This document shows, piece after piece, positions 31,102-41,718 of a stretch of 50,607 nucleotides of DNA. Position numbers and translations under genes: made by a program. The stretch spans positions 1-50,607 of IMG/VR virus record IMGVR_UViG_3300010400_000025, one strand, 5' to 3'. The notes below the pieces were generated by a model that saw only the letters and a list, made by a program, of their open reading frames with translations, made no database searches and was not told the DNA's origin. This stretch comes from a virus (Duplodnaviria > Caudoviricetes). The first letter of the stretch is position 1; every line of letters starts with the position of its first letter.

Positions 31102-33277
31102 CCGTAGTGGGGCCGCGCGCCACCATCTGCTGCATCCGCTCTACCGAATTCGGATCGGTGAATAGCTCGGCCAACGCGCCGATCTGACGACGCTTGGCAA
31201 GGCGATTGCCCCAGTCGCTGACCTTGCTGAACCAGTTGGCACCGCCGGTCATCGCCAGCTGCGCCGCGCTGATCTTCGGGTCCACCAATTCATCGCTGAG
31301 CGACTTGTTGAACTCGGTCGCCGAACCGACCGGGCGGCGCCGCCCGGTCGTCCGCATGGCGTCCAGCACATTGGTGACCAGCGGGATCGTGCCAGCGCCG
31401 ATCTGCGGCAACGCGCCCAGAATGGAATTCAGCACCTCACCCTTCTCAGGCGTGCCTGCCACCCTGTTGTAGAACTTGGCGCCGCCAAAGCTCCGGTCCT
31501 GCTGTTGCGTCGGCGCCATCGACGTGCCGAAGCGATCCTCCCACATGTTGCGAAACAGCTGCGGGATGGTCTGCGGATCGACGCGCTGCCCGGTCGGATC
31601 GGCGGTGCGCAAGGCAGTGACAGCCGTTGCGATCTCGGGCGCCACGCCAGGCAGCGGATTGGTCGGCCAGATCGCCTCGCCAGCGGCGCGCGTGTCGCCA
31701 CCTGATTGCGCCACCTTGCCGACTGGTCCCTTGACGATCGGATCGACGATGTCCCTGGTGTTCGCCGCGAACTCGTCCTGGGCGGCGGCAAACGAATTGC
31801 TGTTGCGCCGCATCAGCTGGTTGATCTGATCCAGGTATCTGGTCAGGCTGGCGCCAGCCTCGCCTTCATACGCCGCACGGTTCGGATCGGTTGACGTGCC
31901 GATCGTGTCCTGGGTGTCGCGCATGTATTTGCGAACCCGGTCGAGGTTCTCGATGTCGAGCGCAAACTGCTCCGGCACGGCAGGCGTGCCAGCCGACATC
32001 AGCGGCTGTCCGTTGGGTCCGAGTATCCCGGTCGGCGCTGGCGGCACGGCAGGCTGCGCTGGCGCGGTCACCAGCCGCCGACGAAGCTCGCCCAGTGAAT
32101 GCGCCTTGATGCCTGTCGTGTCGGCGGCGATCTCGGCGTCGATCGCATCGACGATCCGCCGCACGTCGGCCTCCGGCATCAGCTGCGGATTGGCCGCTGC
32201 ATAGTCCGGCGCCGACGCCGCCGTCCGTTGCTCCATGGCGTTGCCTTTTGCCAGTGTCGCGGCTTCCGCCGCCTCGGCGCCGAGCGTCGTCGGACGCGGT
32301 GAAGGCGGAATGTTCATGCTGTCGAGGATCAGCTGGTTGGCTTCTTCGAATTGCCCTGGACGCGCCGCCATGAACGGTCCCATGACCCTGCCGCCGTGGA
32401 TGACGTCGCCTTCGACATAACGCTGCACATTGGTCAGCGGCGAGCCGCCGCCGGTCACGTCCGAAATGATCTCCGGCCCGGTGGCGCGGATCGGCGTATC
32501 TCGAATATTGCTCGACCGGGTCAGCGCCGCGTTCCATTCATCGGGCGTCATGTTGCGCGTCGAGCGCCGGACAATGCTTTCGAGCGGATTGCCAAGACCT
32601 CTGGAGAGCGCTCCGGTGGCGGCGCCAGCACCAGCGCCGACAATGCGCGCGAGCGTCTCATATGGCGTGCCTTCGGTGGCGGCGCCGAGCGCCTCGGAGC
32701 CGATCGCCGGAAGCGCGACGTTGCTGACCAGGTCGGCGCCGTAGCTCGTCGCCCGCTCGAATGGCAACGCTAGCCTGGTGGCTTTGGACGGCCAGCCGCC
32801 AAGCATGAATCCGCCGCCGGTTTCCAACGCCTGGCCGATGTCGGTCTGAGGCTGGAAAATGTTCTGGCGCACGCCCCTGCTGAGATCAGCGGCTGACTTC
32901 AGATATTGCTCCTGCTCGGCCAGCCGCTGGTTCTGCTGCTCAATGGTGCGCCCAGCACCTGGCTGCCCCAGGATCAATTCGCGGAAATTGTCCTCCAGCG
33001 TGTTGGCCAGCCATTGGCTGCCCTTGCCGATCGCATACGGCGTCGAGGCAGCCGCATTGGCCAGACCGCTGAATGGCGAGAAAAGCCACTCGCCGAGATC
33101 GGCTTGCGCAGCCTCCTTGTTCATCCGCGCGAATTCTTCCGGCGTGTCAACTGGGTTGACACCGGCAGGCTGCACGCCTCCCGGCACGCCGCTCGCGCTG
33201 CGCACATCCTCCGGCGCTATCTGCTTCTTCGGAAATTGGACCCCGCCACCCTTTTTCTTGAATTCGACGGCAGCCAT
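31019..33277 (-). CDS. Large internal virion / DNA ejection protein (752 aa)
   Basis: Ala/Gly-rich and helical; position after the tail-tube genes. Confidence 0.7.
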   Translation of the reverse strand: MAAVEFKKKGGGVQFPKKQIAPEDVRSASGVPGGVQPAGVNPVDTPEEFARMNKEAAQADLGEWLFSPFSGLANAAASTPYAIGKGSQWLANTLEDNFRELILGQPGAGRTIEQQNQRLAEQEQYLKSAADLSRGVRQNIFQPQTDIGQALETGGGFMLGGWPSKATRLALPFERATSYGADLVSNVALPAIGSEALGAATEGTPYETLARIVGAGAGAATGALSRGLGNPLESIVRRSTRNMTPDEWNAALTRSSNIRDTPIRATGPEIISDVTGGGSPLTNVQRYVEGDVIHGGRVMGPFMAARPGQFEEANQLILDSMNIPPSPRPTTLGAEAAEAATLAKGNAMEQRTAASAPDYAAANPQLMPEADVRRIVDAIDAEIAADTTGIKAHSLGELRRRLVTAPAQPAVPPAPTGILGPNGQPLMSAGTPAVPEQFALDIENLDRVRKYMRDTQDTIGTSTDPNRAAYEGEAGASLTRYLDQINQLMRRNSNSFAAAQDEFAANTRDIVDPIVKGPVGKVAQSGGDTRAAGEAIWPTNPLPGVAPEIATAVTALRTADPTGQRVDPQTIPQLFRNMWEDRFGTSMAPTQQQDRSFGGAKFYNRVAGTPEKGEVLNSILGALPQIGAGTIPLVTNVLDAMRTTGRRRPVGSATEFNKSLSDELVDPKISAAQLAMTGGANWFSKVSDWGNRLAKRRQIGALAELFTDPNSVERMQQMVARGPTTVIPEAIARTGLQGLNLLYGNPDQEPVR

Positions 33278-34971
33278 CAGTCAAGCTCCCCCGGCTTCAG
33301 GACGATACCGTTCTGCTGGAGCAAGTCGGTCGCTTCCTGCTTCGTGTAATCGCCGCTGGCAATCGCCGCCTTGGCGTTGGCGATCGACGCAGCCCGATCT
33401 TCAGGAGACATGGCCTCCGCAGGCGCTGCCGTGGCCGCTGGAGCGTTCGCAGCGGGTGCGGCGGCTGCCGGAGCCGCCACGGCTGGAGACGCTGTAGCGG
33501 GCGCTGGCGTGGCCGCTGGAGGAGTTTGCGCGGTCGCCGGGGCGGTTGATGCCGCCGGAGCCGCCGTCGCGCCCTTGGCCGCAGCACCGGCAATTCTGCG
33601 GATCGCATTTTGCGACGTCTCGAAAGCGTTGCGCTTGATCGCCTTGGTGTCGGGATTGTCGCTCGGCAGCGGGATCATCGCGATCAGCTTGCGCGCATAC
33701 TCGCCCTCGGTGACCGCCTGGCCAGACCGGACCATCAATTCATAGGGCAGCGCCTGCTGCATGGCGGCAAAGAACGTCTGCCCCTCGTTGGTCAGCAGCG
33801 AGTTCATGTACGGCAGCGCGCCAGACATCAGGAAGCTGTCAGCCGTCGCCATCTTATTGATCACCTGGAAAGCGGCGATATCGCCCGTCGTCGGCGTCTT
33901 GCCAGTGTCGAATGCGTCGAGGATGATCTTAGTCGGCTTCTCCATCATCTCCTCGGCGAAACCCGCCTTGGTCTGGAAATCGGTCGGCGGCTTGCCGCCT
34001 GCGGCGCCAGCGCCCTGGCGGATACCGGCGACCGTGCCGTCGGGGTTGAAATCGACGGCGAATTGGTTGCCGCCGCTGCCCTTGCTAACGACGCCCTCGG
34101 CGGGCTTGCTCGGGTCGTTCTGATCGTAGATGCGACCGTCGGAGCCGATATAGCCGACGAAGCTCCGTTCGCCGCCCTTGGCGTCGACAGCGTGGTAGGT
34201 GTCGACGCCCTTGATGTCGACCACCGACTCCTGCTTCGAACGATCGGGCAGCTGCGAGAAGGTGAGGCCTTTCTCTTCCGTTTCCGACAGCACCGGCTTG
34301 AGCCCAGCCGCCTCGAAGCGATTGCTCAGCACCGGATTCCCGGCAGCATCGACCGTCGGGGTCACCTCGGTGCCGAGCAGTGCCTGCTTGATGACATCCG
34401 TGTCGCTGATGCCGGTCGTGTCGCCCCTGGCCAGCCGGTTCAGGTAGTCGGCCTTCGCCTCGTCCCAGGTCTGCGGCTTCGGCGTGCCATGCATCTCCGG
34501 GATCGCCTGCGTGCCGCCGAACGGCGCCAGCACTTCAGCCGGGATCGCCGGTTGCGTTTCGCCGACCCCGATATTACCGTAGCCCTCGGTGATGATCTTG
34601 ACGAGATTGTCCGACTTGTTCGCCGCCTCGCGCTGAAGGTTGTCGGCAATGTTGTTCGATCGCGACGTCGCCGCCTGCGTGTCATAGCCGTAGCGCGCCG
34701 TCGCAGCGGTCGTGTCGACAGCCTTGTAGCTCTGCGTCGGATCGTAGAGATCGGAGAATACACCCGCCCGATCGAGCAACTCGGGATCGGCGTCTGGTCG
34801 CTGCATGTAGTCCCAGATCGCCTGGCGCTGGTTCGTCTCCAAATCCTTGGCCCGCGCCGCCGCGTAGCCGGATTCATCGGAGCCGGACGGCGGGCCGAAC
34901 AGATCGGACAGGTTTGCCGCCGCCTGCGCCATCGCCGGGTCATTGTAGTAGCGGTTGCCCTTGATCGCCAT
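33277..34971 (-). CDS. Internal virion / ejection protein (564 aa)
   Basis: Position, TGATG coupling, Ala/Pro linker near the C-terminus. Confidence 0.7.
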   Translation of the reverse strand: MAIKGNRYYNDPAMAQAAANLSDLFGPPSGSDESGYAAARAKDLETNQRQAIWDYMQRPDADPELLDRAGVFSDLYDPTQSYKAVDTTAATARYGYDTQAATSRSNNIADNLQREAANKSDNLVKIITEGYGNIGVGETQPAIPAEVLAPFGGTQAIPEMHGTPKPQTWDEAKADYLNRLARGDTTGISDTDVIKQALLGTEVTPTVDAAGNPVLSNRFEAAGLKPVLSETEEKGLTFSQLPDRSKQESVVDIKGVDTYHAVDAKGGERSFVGYIGSDGRIYDQNDPSKPAEGVVSKGSGGNQFAVDFNPDGTVAGIRQGAGAAGGKPPTDFQTKAGFAEEMMEKPTKIILDAFDTGKTPTTGDIAAFQVINKMATADSFLMSGALPYMNSLLTNEGQTFFAAMQQALPYELMVRSGQAVTEGEYARKLIAMIPLPSDNPDTKAIKRNAFETSQNAIRRIAGAAAKGATAAPAASTAPATAQTPPAATPAPATASPAVAAPAAAAPAANAPAATAAPAEAMSPEDRAASIANAKAAIASGDYTKQEATDLLQQNGIVLKPGELD

Positions 34972-35720
34972 CAGCGTCCAACGCCCCCATAGAGGTCAAG
35001 AATGCTGCTCGACCGCAGCTTCGGGATCGGCACGTTCGTTGTCAGGTTTCCAGGCGCGCCCCACGGGCCAAAATCGCCACCGCCGAGCGTTACCGGGTTG
35101 GTGCCGCCCTTGAGCGGATTCCAGTCGCCTTGCAGGCCCTTGCCGAGCGCCAGCTGCCCGCCGAAATTCAAGATGTCGCCGAACGCCTTCAGCTGGTCGC
35201 CCTTGTGGCTGGCGGCGTCGAGCTCGAACGGCACGACGTCGGCGCTGCCCTTCTTGAAGCCGCCGATCTGGCCGATCGTGCCAGCGTCACGCGCCTGCAA
35301 GCGGCTGACGCCGCCGAGATAGTCGCCGAACGAACGAAGACTGCCGAGCGCCTTGGCCTGCTGGCCGGTAAATTTCGCGGCTTCGCCCTTCTGCTTCGCC
35401 GTTTCCTGCTGGGTGATGACCGAATCCGACTGCGGAGCCAACTCCGTCGGCGCCCCGGTGGCATCAGTTGCGGGCAATGGCTCGGCGAAGTAATCGCCAA
35501 GCTCGGTGCCGCGCTTTTCCATGTCGGCGCCGAACCCCTTGTAGCGATCCTGCGATGTGGTGTTGAGCGCTTGCGCCTCGGTGTCCAGCTTGGCCTGCCG
35601 CTCACGCTCGGCCTGCATGGCTTGCGAACGCGCCTTGGCGACCTTGTTATTGGCCATAGTGTTCATCACCGTCGATCCGGCGGTGAGCGCCATTCCGGCA
35701 ATGGTGAGGGGGTCACACAT
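34971..35720 (-). CDS. Internal virion protein (T7 gp14-like position and N-terminus)
   Basis: MCDPLTIAGMAL N-terminus, Ala/Gln-rich helices. Confidence 0.75.
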   Translation of the reverse strand: MCDPLTIAGMALTAGSTVMNTMANNKVAKARSQAMQAERERQAKLDTEAQALNTTSQDRYKGFGADMEKRGTELGDYFAEPLPATDATGAPTELAPQSDSVITQQETAKQKGEAAKFTGQQAKALGSLRSFGDYLGGVSRLQARDAGTIGQIGGFKKGSADVVPFELDAASHKGDQLKAFGDILNFGGQLALGKGLQGDWNPLKGGTNPVTLGGGDFGPWGAPGNLTTNVPIPKLRSSSILDLYGGVGR

Positions 35721-36640
35721 CAGGACACACTGACCCGGCCAGGGGCAAAGAGCCCGGTGTCATACTTGGCGTAGTTCTTCCGCGATGCCGCTTCGGCGCG
35801 CTCCAGCGCCGCCTGCGTGCCAAGCGTCGAGGTGAAGTCGGCGAACAGCTGCGACAGTGGAGAGAACGGCTCGGGTCGCGACAGCGCCCCCGCACGGGCA
35901 ATCGCACCCCTGGCGGCTCCCTCGGCGTCACCCGTGACATTCAGCGTCTTGATGAGATCACTGCGCGCATCCTCGACCGCCGTGCGCGCCTCGTTCTCGT
36001 AGCCGAGCGCCTTGTCGGCGACGGCCTGCTTGTTGGTGTCGTACAGCGAACTCAGATCGGCGGTCTGCGTGGCAGCCGCCGACGACGCCTGGTTGCCGCC
36101 GCGATCGAGCGCGTAGAGCAGCTGCTTCTGAGCGTCCTGATACTGCTTCTGCACCTGTGGCATGGCATAGTCGGTGTAGGACTTGCGCCGGTTGGCGAAG
36201 AAGTCGCCGCCGAATGCCCCGGTGTCCTTCTGCACGCCGCTGAACAGACCGCCCTTGAGCGCCTCGATGAATTGCTGCTGGGGATCGCCGTAAGCCGTAC
36301 CCGGCGTCGTCACCGTCTGGTTTTCGAAGCGCGTGCCGCCGCCTGTGCCGCGCGAAGAGCCGCCGCCTGTATTTGGCACTGCCACCCGCTGCGTCGTCGT
36401 GGTCCCCGGCGCCGTGCCGGTCTTTGGCGTCCACACGGCGCCGCTCGACGTGTAGTACTTTCGCGTCGGGTCGTAGCCCCCGGTGACAGCGCCAACCCCC
36501 TTGGCGCCGCCGCCCTCGAAAATCGAATTAATCCGCTGGGTGCCAGCACGGATACGCGCCTGGCGATCCGCCTCGTCCTTGCGAACGCGCTCGGCTTCTC
36601 TGCTGGCTTCCTTGCCGCTGTCCCCGAATAGAAAGCTCAT
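35720..36640 (-). CDS. Internal virion protein (306 aa)
   Basis: MSFLFGDSG N-terminus, Gly/Thr loop, helical C-terminus; GGAG RBS. Confidence 0.7.
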   Translation of the reverse strand: MSFLFGDSGKEASREAERVRKDEADRQARIRAGTQRINSIFEGGGAKGVGAVTGGYDPTRKYYTSSGAVWTPKTGTAPGTTTTQRVAVPNTGGGSSRGTGGGTRFENQTVTTPGTAYGDPQQQFIEALKGGLFSGVQKDTGAFGGDFFANRRKSYTDYAMPQVQKQYQDAQKQLLYALDRGGNQASSAAATQTADLSSLYDTNKQAVADKALGYENEARTAVEDARSDLIKTLNVTGDAEGAARGAIARAGALSRPEPFSPLSQLFADFTSTLGTQAALERAEAASRKNYAKYDTGLFAPGRVSVS

Positions 36641-36644
36641 GGCG

Positions 36645-37103
36645 TTACTCCGGCACAAGCCGGAGGGACATGGCGTTGCCTACGATCCTGAAGCCAAAGT
36701 GCTCCAGGAACCGGCTTGTCCGCTCCGGTTGGAATGAAATGGCAGTGCCACCGACGATCTCACTAGCGCCCAGGCCTTTAGCCCACTGGATCAAATGCTT
36801 GGTGAGAAGCACGGCTGCCCGAGTTCCGCGATTTTCCGGCGAGACGTAGATTACGCGCTGAAACACTCGCAGTCCACGCCGATATTCGTAGCCGTTGACC
36901 GTCGCCCAGATGAGGCCGATCGGCTTGTCGTCACCGTTGGCGGCGACGAAGATCGTCGGGTTGGCGGCGCTCAGATAGTTGGCGAATTGCTCGCGCACGA
37001 CCCTGCCATCGAAGATGGTGTCGGCCTTGGTGTCTTCGACCTGGTGCTTCACCATCTCGACCACGATGTCGATGTCCTCCGGCATGGCGAGCCTGACATG
37101 CAT
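36645..37103 (-). CDS. GNAT-family acetyltransferase
   Basis: VRLAMPED, IYVSPENRGTRAAVLL...WAKGLGA, FLEHFGF. Confidence 0.85.
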   Translation of the reverse strand: MHVRLAMPEDIDIVVEMVKHQVEDTKADTIFDGRVVREQFANYLSAANPTIFVAANGDDKPIGLIWATVNGYEYRRGLRVFQRVIYVSPENRGTRAAVLLTKHLIQWAKGLGASEIVGGTAISFQPERTSRFLEHFGFRIVGNAMSLRLVPE

Positions 37104-37573
37104 CACTCCACCCACACGAAACGCACGAAATTCTCACCATGCTTGCCGTAGCCGGAGAGCCTCTCGCTGGCGCGGAACCCGAGCATCTCGACGAAGCGGA
37201 TCGCCGCCTCGTAGCTCTCCATCACTACGCACTCGATGCGGAACGACTGCTCGGCGTAGGTCGGGAGCAAAAGCCGCTTGATGACGCGCGCAATCGGCAG
37301 CGCTACCGCAGGAAAACGGTCGGTGGCGAAAAACCCCGCCGAGATGGTGTCCGGCTCGACCCTAACCATCGCCCCGAAAGCCACGGCGGTGTCGCCATCG
37401 TAGGCGGCGAACGTGTCGTCCCGGTCGGCGTAGCGGGCAATGAGATCACCAACGAGCGTTTCGCGGGAATCGGCGTACTGGTTGATCGCCGTGAACTCGG
37501 CAACGTCTTCCTCCCGCAGATTGGCGACGACCTCGCGCAGCGCTTCGTTGGTGCCTTCCTCAACGTGTACCAT
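37103..37573 (-). CDS. GNAT-like protein (T7 gp13-like)
   Basis: NLREEDVAE, AIRFVEMLGF, YGKHGENFVRF. Confidence 0.75.
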   Translation of the reverse strand: MVHVEEGTNEALREVVANLREEDVAEFTAINQYADSRETLVGDLIARYADRDDTFAAYDGDTAVAFGAMVRVEPDTISAGFFATDRFPAVALPIARVIKRLLLPTYAEQSFRIECVVMESYEAAIRFVEMLGFRASERLSGYGKHGENFVRFVWVE

Positions 37574-39722
37574 CGTCGGTCCCGCTGTCGGCATCGTAGT
37601 GGATCAGCGCGTTGCTGATCTTGGCCGCTTCCGCCGATCTTGACTTGAAAGTCAACGACGCATGCGTCGACTGGCCGTTGAACGTCAGCCGGTTGTGCGG
37701 CGTCGTCGTCTCGTCGATCGTGCCGAGCACCTCGGCCTTGTCCTGCGCATTGACGTCCATCGACACGCTGACGTCCCAGACGCCGCGCACGGCGGCATCC
37801 CAGCCGTTGAAGCTCTTCTCCTTGGCGGGCTTGTCGCCATCGAGGAACGGCGTCTGCATAGTCGCCTGGATGCTATCGTAGGCCAGCGCCGCGCCTTCGC
37901 CGCCATAGCAGTAGATCGTGTCGCCGGAGCGCACGTAGACACGTCGGCGGAACACGATGCATTCGTCGATGTTGAAGACCTTGTCCTCGGGATTGCCGAT
38001 CGCGTTGACGCCAGGGACCGACGGAATGTAGTTCGACCAGGCGCTGACCTTGGCGCCGGAAAAATAGCTGAACACGAAGATCAGATTGCCCATGGTCAGC
38101 CAGAAGCGGCCTTCGCTGGGCTCGATCACGCCGAACACCTTCAGCCGCTGGATCGACGTCATGGTCTGCAATTTCTTGATGACGAGCGCGTCGACCAGCA
38201 CCCCGACGTCGGCGGTCGACGCGCTGTTCGACGAGTCGCGGGCGCGCACCGAGCGGATGCCGCTCTCGTCGAGATAGTAGATATCGTTGTCGCCGAATTG
38301 GCAGACGCTGTGCGGGCTGCGAGTGCCGGTGTTGCGCAGCACCTGGGCCTGCTTGTTCAGAGCCGGATCGGGATCGGTGTATTCCACGATGATGTTCGAA
38401 TAGGCGAACAGCGCCAGGTAGTTCTGGTACTTAGCGAACGCCATCAATTCCTCGGCGCCCGACACCTCGGCGGACATGTCGACGAAACCGGCGCCGACAT
38501 TGGCGGTTGAAACCCGCCATTTGGTCGGATCGTCGCGCATCGAGAAGTACATTGTCGGGCCGGAAAGCGCGTACATCTTGGTGCCGTGCGTGCCGACGAA
38601 ATCACCGGGCAGATAAGGCAAATTGACCGGCGCCGTGGTGTCCGGCGGTGGGTCCTTGCCTCCGGCAAAAACTCGAGACGCGGTCGTCAGATTGGTCGTG
38701 AAGCCATTGGTGTACGCCGCGATCAGCGCCCTGCCATTGGTCGACGCGCCAGGCAGATTGGGCATCACCGAAACGGTATCGGCGCCGTCCCAGACCGCAT
38801 GATAGTCGCGCACCCCGACAAAGCCGTTGATCGCAGCAACGACCGCCTTCGCCGTCTCCGAATTGCTGATCCGCCATTCGGTCTTAGCCATGAGATCGTA
38901 GCTGTCGACCGACAGATCGATCGTCGAGACGACGTGGTTGACGCCACCGGCCATGTTTTGCGGCGCGTTGGTGGCGACGTTACCCGCCGTGGTGACCTGG
39001 ATGAGCTTGCCGTTGATCGCCGTGCCGTAGGTGACCGCGACGACGGTGACCTCGTCGTTCTTCGCCGAAGCGACATAGTTCGGGTTCGACACCCAGCGAT
39101 TGATCTCCTGCGCGACACCGGCTGCGGTGGTTATGTTGCTGCCGGTGTGCGGTATCTCCTTCTGGGTGATTTTCACCCCGTTGATGTAGACCCCGGTGAC
39201 CTTGTTGCTGACCGCGCGCGTGCCGCCCGTGATCTTGAATTTGCCGACCGCCTGCTTGGCCGCGATGTTGCTGCCGCCCGTGACCTTGAACGTCACCTTG
39301 GAGCAGCCATAGTCCCAGTCGGAGACGTTGACGCCGTTGTAGTAGTGGTAGGTGTCGCCGTCGGTGAATGTCGCGCTGACGTAGACCTTGCCCTTGTAGA
39401 GCGCATATGAATTGATCATCGCCAGCTTGCCGGTCGGCACGAACGGATGCACCAGCTGCTGATACTGAATCGCCGCGTCCAGACCGGCTGGCCGCGTCGT
39501 GTCGCCCCACACCAGCAGGCCGCTCGCGGTGTTGCCAAGGCCGATCGTCTTGCCGACCGTCGGCAGATCGGCCTTCTTGATGAAAGCCGCGCGCTTCTCG
39601 AATTCGCCGCCGCGATTGATGTGCCCGTTGAGTGCCTGCAGCAGCACGCCACCAGGCGTCGTCTCGGGCATCCGGCGGGAGTCCAGACCGCCCGTGAATT
39701 CCTTGATCCAGATCGTTCCCAT
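37560..39722 (-). CDS. Tail tubular protein B / nozzle (720 aa)
   Basis: FTGGLDSR N-terminus, beta-rich, KVSAWS; position after the adaptor gene. Confidence 0.8.
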   Translation of the reverse strand: MGTIWIKEFTGGLDSRRMPETTPGGVLLQALNGHINRGGEFEKRAAFIKKADLPTVGKTIGLGNTASGLLVWGDTTRPAGLDAAIQYQQLVHPFVPTGKLAMINSYALYKGKVYVSATFTDGDTYHYYNGVNVSDWDYGCSKVTFKVTGGSNIAAKQAVGKFKITGGTRAVSNKVTGVYINGVKITQKEIPHTGSNITTAAGVAQEINRWVSNPNYVASAKNDEVTVVAVTYGTAINGKLIQVTTAGNVATNAPQNMAGGVNHVVSTIDLSVDSYDLMAKTEWRISNSETAKAVVAAINGFVGVRDYHAVWDGADTVSVMPNLPGASTNGRALIAAYTNGFTTNLTTASRVFAGGKDPPPDTTAPVNLPYLPGDFVGTHGTKMYALSGPTMYFSMRDDPTKWRVSTANVGAGFVDMSAEVSGAEELMAFAKYQNYLALFAYSNIIVEYTDPDPALNKQAQVLRNTGTRSPHSVCQFGDNDIYYLDESGIRSVRARDSSNSASTADVGVLVDALVIKKLQTMTSIQRLKVFGVIEPSEGRFWLTMGNLIFVFSYFSGAKVSAWSNYIPSVPGVNAIGNPEDKVFNIDECIVFRRRVYVRSGDTIYCYGGEGAALAYDSIQATMQTPFLDGDKPAKEKSFNGWDAAVRGVWDVSVSMDVNAQDKAEVLGTIDETTTPHNRLTFNGQSTHASLTFKSRSAEAAKISNALIHYDADSGTDDGTR

Positions 39723-40444
39723 CAGTTCTCGTAGATGATCGGCGGCTTGTACCGGGTGATGAATTCGCGCGGCGCGGGCAGCGCCGGACCGATGCCGAAC
39801 ATGCGGAAGCGCTTGCGCGGCGTCAGACCGCCGCGCTGGCGCCGGTAAATCTGGTTGGCCTGGTCGAGCTTCACCTGGGCGTCCTTGGCGCCCTGCGCGG
39901 CCAGTAGCTCGGCGGCGCCGAACATCACCAGCAGATTGTCGTCGAGATCAGCGCGATCGGCGTCCTTGACGAACGGCTTGAGGTTGCGAATGCCGGTGAA
40001 TTTGAGCATGCCCTGCATCGTCGTCTTGTCGCCGTTCATGTCGGCGATCGGCCAGATTTCGATGTCCTCGTCTTCGTGGATTTGCCAGCGCATCACCGGC
40101 CAGGCACGCTCGTTGAGATCGCTGTTGTAGGCCGAGTAATGCTCGCCGAAGATGCCAGGAAGCAGCGGACGCCAGCCACCGCTATCGAACACCTCGATCT
40201 TCTCGATGTTGTCGATGTGGATGTCGTTGGGCGTGGCGTAGTAGCGCTGCGAGATCGAGCACGGCTTCAGCCGCTGCACGCGCAGATGCGGCCATGTGAA
40301 GTCGTCCCACAACCGCTCCTGGATGCGCTGGAGCATGTTGACATGGGCGTCACGAACCTGGCGGTTGTGCGCCGGATTCATCGACAGGCGGGCTTCGGCC
40401 CGCAGCATGTCGAGAACGCGAAGCAGAGTGGTGTGACGCGCCAC
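39722..40444 (-). CDS. Tail tubular protein A / head-tail adaptor
   Basis: LWDDFTWPHL, IEIWP; position. Confidence 0.75.
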   Translation of the reverse strand: MARHTTLLRVLDMLRAEARLSMNPAHNRQVRDAHVNMLQRIQERLWDDFTWPHLRVQRLKPCSISQRYYATPNDIHIDNIEKIEVFDSGGWRPLLPGIFGEHYSAYNSDLNERAWPVMRWQIHEDEDIEIWPIADMNGDKTTMQGMLKFTGIRNLKPFVKDADRADLDDNLLVMFGAAELLAAQGAKDAQVKLDQANQIYRRQRGGLTPRKRFRMFGIGPALPAPREFITRYKPPIIYEN

Positions 40445-40453
40445 GGCGAGCCC

Positions 40454-40930
40454 TCACTTGAACAGCGATTTGACCGGCTTCCTGGCTGGCTTCGCTTTCG
40501 GTTTGGTTTTCGGCTTCGGCGGTGCTTTGACGACCTCGTCGGCTTCGTCGACCTCGTCGTCTTCGACCTCGTCGGGCTCGGACGCCGCCTGTGCCTTCTT
40601 CGGCTTGACACGCCCGGTCGCCTTGAAAAAGCTTTCGTCGATCTCCAACTCGTCGAAGCCTTCGTAGACGCGCGCGGCGGCACCAGGGAAGAGAACCTCA
40701 ACCGCCGACATCTCACGCGAACCGGGTGGCTTCCCGTAGATTTCGAGCAATCGACTACGTTCTTCGCGACTGGTACGCTCGATCTCCTCGTCGAGAGGCT
40801 GGATATCGAACACCGAAGCGTTGCCGTGAATCTCGCGCAAGACGGCGACCTCGGCGGGCGTCACGCCGAATTTCGGGATTGTCTGCCCCAGGTTGCCGCC
40901 GAGCGCGAGCATGATGTTGGCTTGTTGCAT
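40454..40930 (-). CDS. Hypothetical structural-region protein (158 aa)
   Basis: GAGGAGG RBS; VTPAEVAVLREIHG; acidic then Lys/Pro tail ending KSLFK. Confidence 0.75.
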   Translation of the reverse strand: MQQANIMLALGGNLGQTIPKFGVTPAEVAVLREIHGNASVFDIQPLDEEIERTSREERSRLLEIYGKPPGSREMSAVEVLFPGAAARVYEGFDELEIDESFFKATGRVKPKKAQAASEPDEVEDDEVDEADEVVKAPPKPKTKPKAKPARKPVKSLFK

Positions 40931-40940
40931 TGACGCCTCC

Positions 40941-41624
40941 TCACGGCGTGAAGGTGAAGGGAAGCGTTCCCGACACCTTGGCGCCTGTCTGCACGCCGAC
41001 CGGAACCTCCGCTGGCGAGGCAAACATCGACGGCTTGACGCCAGTCGTGACCTCACCGCTCGACACGAAAGTCGTTAGCTCCGGCAGGTTGTTGAACAAG
41101 ATGGTCGTGTCGACGGTGAAGCCCTCACCCTGAACACTTAGCGTCAGATCAGCGCTGCCGACTTGAGCACTGCTGGGTTGAAGCGCCGTGACCACCGGGA
41201 TGGGCGCAGGCGGTCTGATCGCGGCGATGATTTCGTTGACCTTGGCGACGGTGGTCACCAGATCGGCGTCATCTGCCAGCGGCGCGATGGCAAGCAACGA
41301 TTCGCCGACGGTCTTGCGCGGCATCTGGAACAGCAGCGTGGAGCCCGCCTTCCACGGCAAGGCCTTCTTGTTGGTCGCGACGACCTTGTCGGGCTGGTAA
41401 TCGAAAGTGACGAAATTCGAGCCCTTATAAAAATTGCTGTTGTTGACGATGACGATGTTTCCGCCGATCGACGCTTGCTTCACGCCGATGAAATCGTCCT
41501 GTCCCATGTTGACCGGATACGGCACGTCGACCGTGCCGTCGGTCGGCACATCCGCGTCGATCGTGATGGCGCTGACCCCAAAATTCTGCGGCAACCCCAT
41601 GCCAGCGGTCAAACCATTTGACAT
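40941..41624 (-). CDS. Head decoration-type protein with a C-terminal IPT/TIG Ig-like domain
   Basis: PVVTALQPSSAQVG...LSVQGEGF...FVSSGEVT...LPFTF; 'VAKVNEIIAAI' head-fibre-like helix. Confidence 0.7.
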   Translation of the reverse strand: MSNGLTAGMGLPQNFGVSAITIDADVPTDGTVDVPYPVNMGQDDFIGVKQASIGGNIVIVNNSNFYKGSNFVTFDYQPDKVVATNKKALPWKAGSTLLFQMPRKTVGESLLAIAPLADDADLVTTVAKVNEIIAAIRPPAPIPVVTALQPSSAQVGSADLTLSVQGEGFTVDTTILFNNLPELTTFVSSGEVTTGVKPSMFASPAEVPVGVQTGAKVSGTLPFTFTP

Positions 41625-41678
41625 CAGAAAATCTCCGACTGTTCGTTCTACGTTTCCGATTCGTCCGTTCGTGAACTG

Positions 41679-41711
41679 TTTGGGACAGAGCCAGAACGGC
41701 TCTGCCCCAAA
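41679..41711 (-). terminator. Hairpin after the capsid gene (no U-tract; weak terminator or stabiliser)
   Basis: TTTGGGGCAGAGCC-GTTCT-GGCTCTGTCCCAAA on the minus strand. Confidence 0.45.
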
Positions 41712-41718
41712 TATTCAA

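Noticed and set aside
33610-34992. 460-aa plus-strand ORF
   Set aside because: Antisense shadow of an ejection-protein gene.
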